A program made the position numbers and the translations under genes. The notes beneath the pieces were generated by a model that saw only the letters and a list, made by a program, of their open reading frames with translations, had not been told where the DNA came from and searched no databases. A stretch of 62,961 nt of DNA, the filler included, from Octopus bimaculoides (lineage: Eukaryota): NCBI RefSeq assembly GCF_001194135.2. It is 7 parts of 7 records of this genome, joined end to end, with 100 filler letters (N's around TTAATTAATTAA, not from the genome) between each part and the next. Parts side by side here need not be neighbours in the genome. Positions count along the whole stretch, not along the records: positions 47,086 to 54,052 come from NC_068998.1; positions 54,153 to 57,618 come from NC_068996.1; positions 57,719 to 60,854 come from NC_069003.1; positions 60,955 to 62,961 come from NW_026418679.1; 3 more parts are not named here. One strand, written 5' to 3'. Below, piece by piece: positions 49,341-62,042 of this stretch; position 1 is the stretch's first letter, and each line of letters starts with the position of its first letter.

Positions 49341-50399
49341 TATATATATATATNNNNNNNNNNNNNNNNNNNNNNNNNNNNNNNNNNNNNNNNNNNNNNN
49401 NNNNNNNNNNNNNNNNNNNNNNNNNNNNNNNNNNNNNNNNNNNNNNNNNNNNNNNNNNNNNNNNNNNNNNNNNNNNNNNNNNNNNNNNNNNNNNNNNNNN
49501 NNNNNNNNNNNNNNNNNNNNNNNNNNNNNNNNNNNNNNNNNNNNNNNNNNNNNNNNNNNNNNNNNNNNNNNNNNNNNNNNNNNNNNNNNNNNNNNNNNNN
49601 NNNNNNNNNNNNNNNNNNNNNNNNNNNNNNNNNNNNNNNNNNNNNNNNNNNNNNNNNNNNNNNNNNNNNNNNNNNNNNNNNNNNNNNNNNNNNNNNNNNN
49701 NNNNNNNNNNNNNNNNNNNNNNNNNNNNNNNNNNNNNNNNNNNNNNNNNNNNNNNNNNNNNNNNNNNNNNNNNNNNNNNNNNNNNNNNNNNNNNNNNNNN
49801 NNNNNNNNNNNNNNNNNNNNNNNNNNNNNNNNNNNNNNNNNNNNNNNNNNNNNNNNNNNNNNNNNNNNNNNNNNNNNNNNNNNNNNNNNNNNNNNNNNNN
49901 NNNNNNNNNNNNNNNNNNNNNNNNNNNNNNNNNNNNNNNNNNNNNNNNNNNNNNNNNNNNNNNNNNNNNNNNNNNNNNNNNNNNNNNNNNNNNNNNNNNN
50001 NNNNNNNNNNNNNNNNNNNNATATATAGTGAAAATAAAGGCAGCGAAATTAATAGCTTAAAATTTTCAATTTTTTTAAAGAAATATAATCATATGGCCTA
50101 TTATAAAAATGTTCTATTAAATTGTAGGCTCTGTTTAGAAACGAAATGAGACACTAATAATTTCTTGAAAAATTTGAAAAAGAAATAGTGACAAATTTGG
50201 ATAATATTAGATTTTATGAGTAAACCAATAAGTAATATTATTTAAATTATGATGCATAATAGAATTGAATGAGATTAAATTAAGTAAGTCGCTGTAAAAG
50301 ATGAGCAAAATATTGAAGGCAGGGATTGTTTATAAAACGAATGAGAGTAAAAGAGATGTAAAATATAGAGATATATGTGTTTTTAATATGTTCTAATAC

Positions 50400-50552
50400 C
50401 GTGTTATATTGATTTCAAATTTTGGCACAAGACCAGTAATTTCGGGGCGGTGGTGGGGCGTAAGTCGATTAGATTGATTTCAGTGTTCGACTGGTACTTA
50501 TTTTTATCTATCCCGAAAGAGTGAAAGTTAAAGTCGACCTCGGCAACAATTG

Positions 50553-50587
<35 letters not shown>

Positions 50588-50860
50588 CTTGTTGGTGGAA
50601 TTTGAACTCAGAACATAAAGAGAGATGAAATGCCGCTAAGAATTCCATCCGACGTGGTAAGGATTCTACCATCTCGCTGTCTTAATATCGTGCCATATCA
50701 AGTCCGCACGCTGGTACAATCATTAACACCCTGGACAAAAATGCTCAGCGGTATTTCTTCCAGCCTTACGTCCTCAGTTCAAATCCTGCTGAGGTCGACT
50801 TTGCTTCTTTCATCTCTTTCAGGTTCGATAAATCTGATCCAGACCAGTTGGTTGGCGAAC
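50400..50860. mobile_element. SINE family B fragments (minus-strand 3' part about 50400-50550; plus-strand parts 50590-50860)
   Basis: taagtcgatt...ctggtacttattttt...cccgaaag...aaagtcgacctcggc (reverse orientation) and aaaatgctcagcggtatttc...gttcaaatcctgctgaggtcgactttgc (forward). Confidence 0.65.
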
Positions 50861-52469
50861 ACAGCGCTTCTTAGACGGGACGGACAGCAGAAAGCCGCTC
50901 GAGGAACACACACGAGGCGGAACGATAACAGATCTGTGATACTCTTAGATGTCCGGGGATATATTGGCGGTGTCAGCGGGCACGTCTTCTCCGGCTCGAG
51001 AAAATTGGGAAACTTTTAAACCACCTCCCGTGACAGAGATCGGGGCCAAGGACAAACCCCGGTAGGCACGGTGATCAGTCCACGTTGATCACGGCTCTGC
51101 TCTTTACATACCTTCCGACGCTACTACTGACAGAAGGGTCTGATGAAGTCCTCAGGTATGGCCGACAAGTCCACTTACTTACTTTATCGACGCTGAAAAA
51201 GTCACATATCTAACTCAGGATCGATAAAGTAAGAATCAGTGGAGCATTGATTGCCCATCCCTAAGATTCCTGTCCTTTTGCAAGACGGTGAGCTGGCAGA
51301 GTCGTTACCTCATCAGTCAAAATGCTTAGANNNNNNNNNNNNNNNNNNNNNNNNNNNNNNNNNNNNNNNNNNNNNNNNNNNNNNNNNNNNNNNNNNNNNN
51401 NNNNNNNNNNNNNNNNNNNNNNNNNNNNNNNNNNNNNNNNNNNNNNNNNNNNNNNNNNNNNNNNNNNNNNNNNNNNNNNNNNNNNNNNNNNNNNNNNNNN
51501 NNNNNNNNNNNNNNNNNNNNNNNNNNNNNNNNNNNNNNNNNNNNNNNNNNNNNNNNNNNNNNNNNNNNNNNNNNNNNNNNNNNNNNNNNNNNNNNNNNNN
51601 NNNNNNNNNNNNNNNNNNNNNNNNNNNNNNNNNNNNNNNNNNNNNNNNNNNNNNNNNNNNNNNNNNNNNNNNNNNNNNNNNNNNNNNNNNNNNNNNNNNN
51701 NNNNNNNNNNNNNNNNNNNNNNNNNNNNNNNNNNNNNNNNNNNNNNNNNNNNNNNNNNNNNNNNNNNNNNNNNNNNNNNNNNNNNNNNNNNNNNNNNNNN
51801 NNNNNNNNNNNNNNNNNNNNNNNNNNNNNNNNNNNNNNNNNNNNNNNNNNNNNNNNNNNNNNNNNNNNNNNNNNNNNNNNNNNNNNNNNNNNNNNNNNNN
51901 NNNNNNNNNNNNNNNATATATATATATATATATAGATAGATAGATACACATACACATAATATTCTTAGTTTCTATTTTTTTCCTTTATTTTATCTCTTGT
52001 TCAGTTTTCATCCATTTTTCAAATTATAGATACTTTCAGTATTACATCCATCCTCTCCTAAACCGATTTACTTAATATCATTTTATTCAATTTATTATAC
52101 ATTGTAATTTAAATATCATTTTTTTCCTATCTGCTCATAAAATCTAACGATATTTCAATATTCTACAATTTCCTCTTTCCAACCTCATAGCATCTATTGG
52201 GGTTTAATTTTGTTTTTAACTAGAGACCACTATTTTAATAGGAATTTTATATTTACACAAGTTTTATGGGTTTATACTTCTGTGCATACTTGAAAATTTC
52301 AAGTTATTATTTTATATTTTACTACCAATATATTTTCACTTTGCATTAGTGCGTCGGACAAAATGGTGTGTGGGATTCTTTTCTGAATGTTTACGATCTG
52401 ATTACGTACGTGTGTTTGAACATGAGGGATTATATGCACCAATATTAGACTTTCTTTTTTTTCTTTTAG

Positions 52470-54052
52470 ATCAGACCTGTTTTCAGAGGCTGGATTGCTC
52501 GGTGGTCAAAGTAAATGGCTACCTATCGGAACCATTTAGTATCACACGTTCGATCCGTCAGGGCTGCCTGCTGCCACCTCTTTTGTATGTTCTGGCTCTC
52601 GAGCCACTGCTGCAGAAGTTGTAACAGTTTCCCTTACGTAATTGGATTCAGGAGAGCAGTGTTTGCATACACGGACGACGTCACCGTCATGATGTCGGAC
52701 GTCTCCGAAGTGGCGATGGTCGGCTCCATTGTAAAAGAAAATGAGTCGGTTACAGGGGATAAAATCAATGTCGACATGTCGGTGGGATTGCGACTGGGCA
52801 TCTAGAGAGACAGATTGATGCCGTCGGACGCTGGACTGACTGACCAGTGAAACTGCTTGGGATCTGGTTTGGCCCCGACCTCCAGGTGGATAAGAATTGG
52901 GAAGAGGTGACGAAAAAGCTGACCTCTTTTACCCAGAAATTGGCAGAGAGGAAGTTGTCCCTGAAAGGTCGAGCAGTGGTGGCGAATGCCTATATCACCT
53001 CAGTCATTATTTATCGTCCGACCGTTGTGCCTTGCCCCAGTTACTGCTTGATCAGATTTGAGCGTATCCTCTTTATTTTCTTGTCGAAAGGACGCATTCT
53101 AATGGTCAGGCGGTCAGTCTGCTGCCAACTTCCTTTGCGTGGTGGCTTAGGCATGCCATGGATTTTAATGCGCAGACACGCATTCAGGTTGCGCCATCTA
53201 AAGCGATTTTTAGAAGGTGAACATGTGTGGGCTCCGTTTGTGTGACACGTCTTTCCGCAGCTAGTCTCTTCGACGGAGTTGCAGTCTTGGGTAAAGGATA
53301 AGCTGAGACTGGGTGCCTGGCACTTAGAATGTCGTCAGGCGCTCACTGTCCTCTCCAAGTCGGGCAACAGGATCGGTGGATGTTCCATTTTATATATTTA
53401 CAGAGGATTAGTCACGTGGAAGTGCGACGACGTCCTCAGTGAGACCCTAGGCGCCGACAAAGACGAACTGGCAAGTCTATTCCGCAGGACTTTCTGGTCG
53501 GGGACTGTTATGAATAATTTCCAGATGTATTTGGCCTGACAGTGCTACCGGAGGCCGTTACCGGTTCGAGATAAACTCTACAAACATGGATGTGCTGTCA
53601 GACGGGCTTGTCAGAGGTGCTTGCAGAGCGACGAAACCGTTCTGCGTTGCACTCGTTCAGTGTCCGGGCATTGCTGACTTGTGGAGTTATGTCGAACAGC
53701 TGCTGCTGCGTGTAGGACAGATCCGTCAGTCGTTCGAGTCCGCCGCCTTCCTTTAATCGGGCTGGCAATGCAGTTTTCCTTTGTCTGGTGGCTGTGGCGA
53801 AAGAGGTTATCTGGTGGACGAGGCTGAAAGGAAGGAGGACAGAAACTTTCTTCTTTGGTAAAGCCCTTATCGACTTTTTCAAGTTTCACTTGAAAAATTG
53901 AGGGTGGAGAGGGAGGTGCTGTCCTCGAGTGAATTTATGAAACAGTGGATGAAAGTCGCAAAAACGGCAAGAGTGGATGGTAGCACTCTCAGTGTAGACC
54001 TGTGAGTCGGAAGAAAGGGGTTGGAGAGGACACTCGTCATTGGTATTCAGGG
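52470..54052 (+). mobile_element. L1/Tx1-clade LINE, 3' half of ORF2 (RT, CCHC), decayed
   Basis: VKVNGYLSEPFSITRSIRQGCLLPPLLYVLALEPLL; AYTDDVTV; KLLGIWFG; LSLKGRA; RGGLGMP; CQRCLQSDETVL[H]ALVQC; ends LSVDL* near 54004. Confidence 0.9.
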
Positions 54053-54159
54053 NNNNNNNNNNNNNNNNNNNNNNNNNNNNNNNNNNNNNNNNNNNNTTAA
54101 TTAATTAANNNNNNNNNNNNNNNNNNNNNNNNNNNNNNNNNNNNNNNNNNNNAGTGAAT

Positions 54160-54378
54160 GTTTAAGAAACCATAAGAAAATTATGTGTTTGCTTTAAAAT
54201 TTGAGATCACATACACAGTATTTTACGTAGGATATGGGCAGTTCCCATGAGCACTATCTTTTGAACTTCAGCCATTTTGGGGTTTCCTGGAATCTGATCT
54301 AGGTAGTAATCAGCCCGTTTCGCTGTCATTCCCAGGGCACCTATGACAATAGGTATTGTTTTCGTCTTCAGATTCCAC
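54160..54378 (-). mobile_element. R4/Dong-like 3' fragment abutting (AAT)n
   Basis: KWNLKTKTIPIVIGALGM...VQKIVLMGTAHILRKIL; the 5' junction abuts (ATT)n at 54379-54448. Confidence 0.85.
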
Positions 54379-54449
<71 letters not shown>

Positions 54450-54470
54450 GTTATTTTTATTTTTATTTAT

Positions 54471-54690
54471 GCGATGAGTTGGCAGAATATTTAGCACGCC
54501 GGGCGAAATGCTTTACGGCATTCCGTCTGTCGCTACGTTCTGATTTCAAATTCCGCCGAGGTCTACTTTGCCTTTCATCCTTCGGGGTCGATAAATTAAG
54601 TACCAGTGAAACAATGGGGTCGATGTAATCGATTAATCCCCTCCCCAGAAATTGCAGGCCTTGTGCCTCCAGTAGAAAGGATTATTATTA
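54471..54690 (+). mobile_element. SINE family B, full length
   Basis: GAGTTGGCAGAATATTTAGCACGCCGGGCG head, GATTTCAAATTCC B-box-like motif, body ending agaaaggattattatt. Confidence 0.85.
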
Positions 54691-55029
54691 TGATCATTTA
54701 TTTCTTTCCTTTTTTTCTTTTTATCATTCCCTTATATGTAGACCACCACACTTTATGTCTGTCTTTGTATTGTCCCCCTCATCTTTCACCCTTGTGGCAA
54801 ATAAATAAAATCATCGCTATTATTATCATTAATCGCTCTTCTGCTTTCTGTAGGAGTGACGTTTTCCGCTCTTCAGACGGTTCGCCTACTGTCTGTATTG
54901 GGCGACTAGGCATGCCGTGGCTAACGATACGCAGATATGCGCTGAGTCTGTGACATCTCCAGCGCTTACTTAACTGTGATCAAGTATTGTCGCCATTTTG
55001 TTAGACAGAATTTACTGCAGCTCGTCGTG

Positions 55030-56400
55030 GAACATTGATGTAAGCTTTCCTATAACCTATCCAACCAACAGCTAAATTCATCTTGCTTATTTGTGCCTCA
55101 TTTAAAATCTTACTATCCGTACGAATATGTAAGCAGAACAGTAGTTACCTTTCTTTTCTTCTTACATCCCTTTTTGCTTCTGTGGCAATAAATTCTCTAT
55201 TTCAAAAAAAATTATATACTTTATCTGGTATAAGGCAAGTAAATTGCTTCCAGATTAATGGTAAGCGAGTAATAAGACAATAATTGCTGACTTGACCTTG
55301 CTTTTTGTCTTTCTGTATCAGTAGCGTCCGTTCTTTTGTTATTCATGTTGGCGTTCCATTTTCTATGTAATCAGTAGAAAATGGTCGTATAGAACTGTGT
55401 ATGGCTGGAAAACTTTTGATCTGGAATCTCTGAATATATTCTGCTCCGGAGGATTTCTTGTTTGGTATTTTTTTCCATCGTCATTTTCATATTCTTACAC
55501 GTGGTTTTATATTTTCTTGTGTTATTCAATCTTCCATCTCTCATTTATATTCCCAAACCAGTCTGTCTTAAAATTATGTTGAAATACTTGGCTCCAAATT
55601 TCTGCCCCAAATATTCTTGCTGTTTCAGCTTCTAGCATATCATTCCCCAGATTTTCTTCTAATCATTTGGCTTTTGATAGAATTTTCTTGATTGTTCCTG
55701 AAGAGCCTGTTCTGTTGGTTCTGGTTTGTTCTCTGCTGGCATTTTTAATTCACTTTTTAACCTAACTCTACTTTCATTTTTGCCTTATCTCTTTTTTAAG
55801 TACCAGCAGTCCTTGTGTCTAATGTTGTACTTGCATTGCACTTCGTTCCTGAATCTTTTCTTCGCCATCTTACTTTCTATGTTTGAATATATCCTTCCCA
55901 CACCTCTGTTAAAATGTTCAATTTGGTTCTCAAGTCTCCATTCCCTCCATGAGGCTTTCTTCCTTGTTTTCTTTTGGTTTTTAACCACAAGAATTTGCAC
56001 AGCGATAGAAGCTGCGCAGCACATGAGACCATTTAGGTCAGTTATATTTTCAACTTAGATTTTCTTTAACATCAAGGCCATCTTCTTCCCTAGTCTATTT
56101 AGTTTTCTCTTTCTATTCCTTTCAGAGATGATAGTCTCCTTCTTTTTCAATTTCATCTCTCGTTCTGGCGTTGTAATAAGTTCTTTTCTTTCTCTGTAAT
56201 ATTCTTTCCTTCCACGAAGTAAAACTTTGCCTTCATCACGACTGTTGTTTCTTTTGTGAGGATTTATTGACTCCTCTTCGATTCAGCGTTCTTGTTCTAC
56301 TTCCTTTTCTACATGATCAACATAGTCATGTTCACACACTTTCACTAATGATATCTCCGGTTCCAACTGGGATAACCAATGTATTTTCACGATTAGAAGT
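55030..56400 (-). mobile_element. R4/Dong-like retrotransposon, N-terminal part to start of RT, heavily decayed
   Basis: Recognisable across frameshifts: KIHWLSQLE; KKASWREWRLENQIE; KRFRNEVQCKYNI; [GR]TLLIQKDK; ATEAKGC; NLAVGWIGYRKAY. Confidence 0.7.
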
Positions 56401-56914
56401 TCTGAACCATGATAGGTAGCATCTTTGTCTGCACATACTGAGGATGTCTAAACGGAGGAGAGATTGTTTTCGTCAGCTGTATCTTCTAAGAAAAGATACA
56501 TGCTGCGGACGAAAATGTGCCAGTGTGAGACCAAATTGTAAAAGAACCCTCTGGTTTAACCAAGTTAAAAATGCCATCCTAGCAAAGGAGACGTAGAAAG
56601 TTTGGCTTGGAAATAGATCTTCACTTTTGCGCAGGTAATGCACTGAGCGGCGAAACGTTACAGCAGAAACAGTGAAAACGTCTAAGTTTAAGTTATAGGA
56701 GCACTATGGTATTATACTGGTCTTTGACTCTAGATTAGCCAATAAAGTATTTTGGCAGATACTGCGCAAAATTCGTAAGAAAAAGACCTTTTCCATACCT
56801 GTTATTAAGAAGTTTTTCTCTCAACAGTGAAGAGCATCATTGGGAGTTGGAGAGAATATATATTTTACTTATCTCTCAAATATAGGCACGATAAAATCTT
56901 TTGATGGAAATGAA

Positions 56915-57480
56915 CTGCCTCTAGAGGCGAGAACTAATTTCACAAGGTTGGAGTCATAGAAGCAATTAAAGAACTCAAATGTAACAAGGTTGCTGGAAAG
57001 GATAAAATTCAGTCTGAAATGTTGAAAGCCTATCGGAGGTTAGGATTAGGGTTAGGGTTGAAGGCCTTAAAGAAAGAAAGTATTCTCTGCTTGGTTCATG
57101 TATTCTAAGTGACCAGGATCTCTGGAGAGACACCAAAGCAATAGCAGGTGGGGATAATCCCGATTTTTAGAAAGGAAGACTAGAGGAAAGGAAGTGCTCT
57201 AATTAATGAGAAATTTCTTTGTTGAGCCGCCCCGTAAAGTATGCGCTAAGGAAAGAGATATATGGAAAATATGGAACCCTTCGAGGTTCGTTGAAGTACA
57301 GTGTGGATTCTCTCCTGGGTGCAGCACAATCGACTTGATTGCGGAAATGTTGCCAAGAGGTGTACGATTGCTTTGTAGACCTGGAAATGGTTTATGATAG
57401 TACGTCACAGGATATGCCCGTCCTAAGGAGATGATCCCTTTTATCGGAGGTCTGTGCAATTAGAGCTAAGTTGAGACTAA
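56915..57480 (+). mobile_element. RTE-like LINE fragment (pre-RT and RT start), decayed
   Basis: VIEAIKELKCNKVAGKDKIQSEMLK...IIPIFRKED...QCGFSPGCSTIDLI...FVDLEMVYD. Confidence 0.7.
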
Positions 57481-57718
57481 ACAACAATGACAACAGTAAC
57501 GGCAGCAACAGCAGTTACAACAATAGCAGCAAGGTCAAACAGGACAAGAAAAACAAAAACAAAAGTGATCCCTTCTTAAATAGTATGGCATAAATATATA
57601 TATATATATATATATATANNNNNNNNNNNNNNNNNNNNNNNNNNNNNNNNNNNNNNNNNNNNTTAATTAATTAANNNNNNNNNNNNNNNNNNNNNNNNNN
57701 NNNNNNNNNNNNNNNNNN

Positions 57719-57785
57719 ACCCTAACTCTAACCCTAACCCTAACTCTAACCCTAACCCTACGGTTAGGGTTAGGGTTAGGGTTAA
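57719..57785. repeat. Interstitial telomere-type repeats in inverted (CCCTAA)n-(TTAGGG)n arrangement
   Basis: Direct reading; a short TTAGGG run also occurs at 57039-57059. Confidence 0.85.
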
Positions 57786-60700
57786 ACGCAAATTTAAAAT
57801 GAAAAAAGCAAATAAAACGAAGAATCGTTTGTTTATGTAGTCGGCACTTAATGTATATCGACTGAATGGACGTCAGTGATTGGTTGAAATTATCGAAATA
57901 AGACAATTTTTTACATGAAATAAATTCGAATACAAAAATATTTTTCTGTTCTATAACACAAAATAGATAAGTATACGAAGTTTGAAAGTCTTTCGGTACC
58001 AAAAACACTACGTAAAACATTAATGAAAAATGTGGCCCCCGTTTTAAAAAAGATCCAACATTTATAAATACATAGGCATTTAAAAAAATATATAAAATAA
58101 GTACAAAATATACACATAATAAGATATAAAAACATCGATATTACATAAGACATAGTGAGTTATAAATTCATATGATATACTATAGTGGAATAAAAACTTA
58201 GACATCACAACACAAGCACATAGAATATTTAAAACTATATGAAAACATTTATAAATACATAGGCATTTTAAAATAGAAGACGTCGGTATGAAATAGGATC
58301 TAGTAACTTATAAGGACTAAAGATTTCAAGTTACAACACAAAACATGTGGAAAGTAGAAAGTCAGACATTTCAAAACCTTAAACGGACATAACTAAAATT
58401 ACAGACAATGTTCAATGGATCGAAAAGTTTTATGGACGGGCCGTTTCGGAGACATGTCAGTTAATATGACATGGATTTCATATTTTAAATGAACCAGACA
58501 CTCCACAACACGAAAGACACCATTAAGACAATACAGAAAAGCACAACTCACCTAATCCCAGCAAATTTGAAAAAGCTTTGACATTATAGTTATTCATTTT
58601 ATATAATAGTTACGAAAATTAACCTCTTAGGATAAACGAGTGCTAAGTCTCAGTCAGAACAGTCCATTATGGTATTTTTAATACCATTCCCATGCTTTTC
58701 CAAAACTAGCCATCCCTAGTTCAATTCATACCAATTACATCCTTGCTACATAATATAATATCTACTAGAATTTACTTCATTAATTAGAGTATAATTTCCA
58801 ATTACATTTTAAATTATTATTTTCATCCTTATTTCAATTTTGTATTACACCTTTTCATTATTAATACTCTAATTCTTATTTTTAAACTTTCTCAAAAACG
58901 TTGAGTTGATCTTATGCGTGTAATCCGGAATTGTATCAGTAAATTTATTCAACATGGCATGATTAAATGCCTATGTATTTATAAATGTTTTTAAATATTT
59001 TTAGATATTTGCGGGCTTATAAAAATATATAAATGTCTATATGCTTGTATGTTATTAATACTTCTATTAAGTTGAGCTTTATGTCGCTTTATTAATGTCG
59101 AAGTGTGCATATATATTGAATATTCTGCTGGATAATAGGTCATGTCCCTCTAGTTTTCCGCTCGTATTGCCTCCACTCGAATTATAAATTGGAACTTGGC
59201 TCAATTTGAGCGCTTTGATTCTAGCCTGTCTACGAGTATTGTTAATTAATAACAATGTGTGTGGCGATCTTACGTTACGAGTCCTTATTCTGTAGAAGGA
59301 CCTCGTGCGTTTGTTTACATCAATTCGGCAGTTCCTGTAAAAAGTGTTGGGTTAGGGAAGAGAGAGAGAGAGAGCGATTTCTTTTGAAGTTGGCAAAAGT
59401 GGCTGAGGTAAGCAGCAAACAACAAGCTTAAAAGCCACACTCTGTGCGGATTTTTAAGCTGGCTCCTGCAGGGGACTAATTAGGCAAAAACTAATGGGAA
59501 CAATAATAAAAAAAAAAACATTTATTGGTGCCCTACCAATATGGTTTTAATTCAAATTAAGTTTAAATGAAAATCTTTTAAGTTCACAAATTTTGGAAGT
59601 TCTTTTCAAATTTGAATCGAACATATGATATATGTATTGTGGCTTTGTGTGCCGAGGTTTGTCCTCCACCACTTGATAACTGATGTTGCTATGTTTACAT
59701 TCACGATTCAGGAAGCCAAAGTATCAGGCATAAAAATAAAAGAACTGCTGTTGATTTGTTCAACTAAAATTCTTCAAATTTAATTAGTAGTATCTACTTC
59801 TATTTATTTAATTGACCAGGAGGCTGACTGCTTTATAGATTGTTTAGCCAATTAGTTGGGAAATTAGCTGTTTGTTGGGACAAGTCATCTCATTGTTTAG
59901 GTGCCGTGAGTGGATGCCAGACTAATTTAGGCACTTTAATTTCCCTCCGGAATAAATTCGTTTCATTGTTTTTACTAATTTTACATTCTTATTAAATTAT
60001 TATTTGGACCATTTTCAACTTCAACCGCCTTACTAAATATCCGAATAGGTTCCTCTCTTAATATTTATTCCATAATATTATTATTATTCTTTTAATCTAA
60101 TATTTACTATCCTAAGTGTTTTAAGGTGCCTTACAACATACACCATTTTCCCATTCATTTATTTATCTTATCCCGTATAACAGTCTAAATAGCTGGTCTT
60201 TTGTTTTTAAATTTCAACTGACCAATTAGATCAAACGTTGGACAGGTCAAGGAAGGGCATCTGGCTGTAAAACAATGTCTCAAGTAATATATTTCTCCAA
60301 CCGTGGAAAGCAAGATGTAAAATAAATGAAGAAATATAAATGTGTGATTTATGGCCATGCTCCCTTAATTTCAAATGTTTCCCCATATCAAGACAGCAAG
60401 TGGAGTTTTCTGAGTGAAGATTTGACTGCTATTTTTAGTTGCATTTCATAACCTTTAAATAGCTAAATATCTAATTTTGATATTTTATCCATTCCATGTC
60501 AGAAAGAGTGTTGTCCTTCTGATATCTTACAAAATAGGAACTTTTCACTTTTCATTTGTCAAGCAACAACAATTCATCATCATCCTTTTCTTCCATGCTG
60601 GCATTGGTTAGAAATCTGTAACACACCCCAAGATCTGAGGTATATTAATCAAACAGTTTTCAAATTGACACATTTTTTAGAAATGGAAAATAATTGGTCT

Positions 60701-61034
60701 GAAAGAAATTCTGTAAATGCATGCTTTTCTTTTCTTTCTTACTTTTTTTTTTGTTCTTCATAGAGCATTAGTAGTTTATGAATGAAGGGAAAAGAGACAA
60801 GAAATTTTTAGTATATGTATGTATGTATATATATATATATATATGTATATCTATNNNNNNNNNNNNNNNNNNNNNNNNNNNNNNNNNNNNNNNNNNNNTT
60901 AATTAATTAANNNNNNNNNNNNNNNNNNNNNNNNNNNNNNNNNNNNNNNNNNNNGTATATATATATATATGTACATGTATATATATATATATATACATAT
61001 ATATGTATATGCATGTGTATATACAGAGTGTGTA

Positions 61035-61071
<37 letters not shown>

Positions 61072-61554
61072 TTGTGTATATGCATAGATATATGTGTCTA
61101 TGGATGTGTTTGTGTGTCAACTGGAATGTGGTGGATTAGGGTTGGAACCAGTTTAGCTTACCCACTTCCTTCCTTCTCTTCTTCCATCCTGTATTCATTC
61201 ATAATTCCTGCTCAAGTGGTTTATGAAAACAACATAAAACTTACAACAACAAGAACAACAACTATTTATTTTTATATTATTTTTTTATATTCATTTCTGT
61301 GTTGTTTTATTATTATTATTATTCATTTGGTTATTTCTAGGTGAAGGATATATTTAATGGGTTTAGTTTTGAGTTTAAGACTTTTCTTCTTCTTCTTCTT
61401 CTTCTGGGTAGCCTTTTCTTTCTTACTTTTTTAAAAAAAACCCGTAAGTACAAATTGTGGCCATTGATAGCTGGGTTGGCCAACTCTTTGCATTTGGGCA
61501 CAATTTCAGCCACATTCAAGTCTGAAACCAGCTGCTGACAATGTCTGTAAAAAC

Positions 61555-61854
61555 CCATGTCACACGATCAACCAGACTATCAGATATTGTTGCACATCAC
61601 TAGTCACAATGCGCTTTGCATTGTTTTTAGTTTTCGAATGCCACTACCATGCTGGCTGGGTGAGTAGGCCAACCTTCCTCATGATTGGATGGTTATTCTG
61701 TCAGAGGGTTACTCATTTACAATGGAGTGGACTGGAGCAACATGAAACAAAGTGTTTTGCTCAAGAACACAACGTGCAGCCAGTCCAGGAATTGAAACCA
61801 CAATCTCAAGACTGTGAGTGCAACACCCCCAGCTGCTAAGCCATGCACCTTCAC
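61555..61854 (-). mobile_element. SINE family A, full length
   Basis: Reverse complement: GTGAAGGTGCATGGCTTAGC...GGTTTCAATTCC...TTGTGTTCTTGAGCAAAACACTT; shares its 3' body with 24750-25010. Confidence 0.8.
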
Positions 61855-61862
61855 AAAAATCC

Positions 61863-61904
<42 letters not shown>

Positions 61905-61909
61905 ATAAC

Positions 61910-62042
61910 AATAATGGTTTCGAATTTTTCCACAAGGGCAACAATTTTGGGGGAGGGGTTAAGTCGATTACATCGACCCCAGAGTCCTACTGGTACTTAT
62001 TTTATCAACCCCGAAAGGATGAAAGGTAAAAATCGACCTAGA
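61910..62042 (-). mobile_element. SINE family B, 3' part
   Basis: Reverse complement of gtcgattttacctttcatcctttcggggttgataaaataagtaccagt...gtcgatgtaatcgactt. Confidence 0.75.

Noticed and set aside
51135-51175. CTGATGAAGTCC…GGCCGACAAGTC hammerhead-like string
   Set aside because: GAAA is replaced by GACA and stems I and III are unsupported; too degenerate to call.
56470-56516. Imperfect hairpin ttttcgtc…tgtatctt/aagataca…gacgaaaa upstream of the Dong-like fragment
   Set aside because: It could be 5' UTR structure, but no ribozyme or terminator pattern can be assigned from one decayed copy.
57719-57785. Ancestral telomere-telomere fusion site
   Set aside because: A fusion gives (TTAGGG)n-(CCCTAA)n; the order here is the reverse and the tract is very short.
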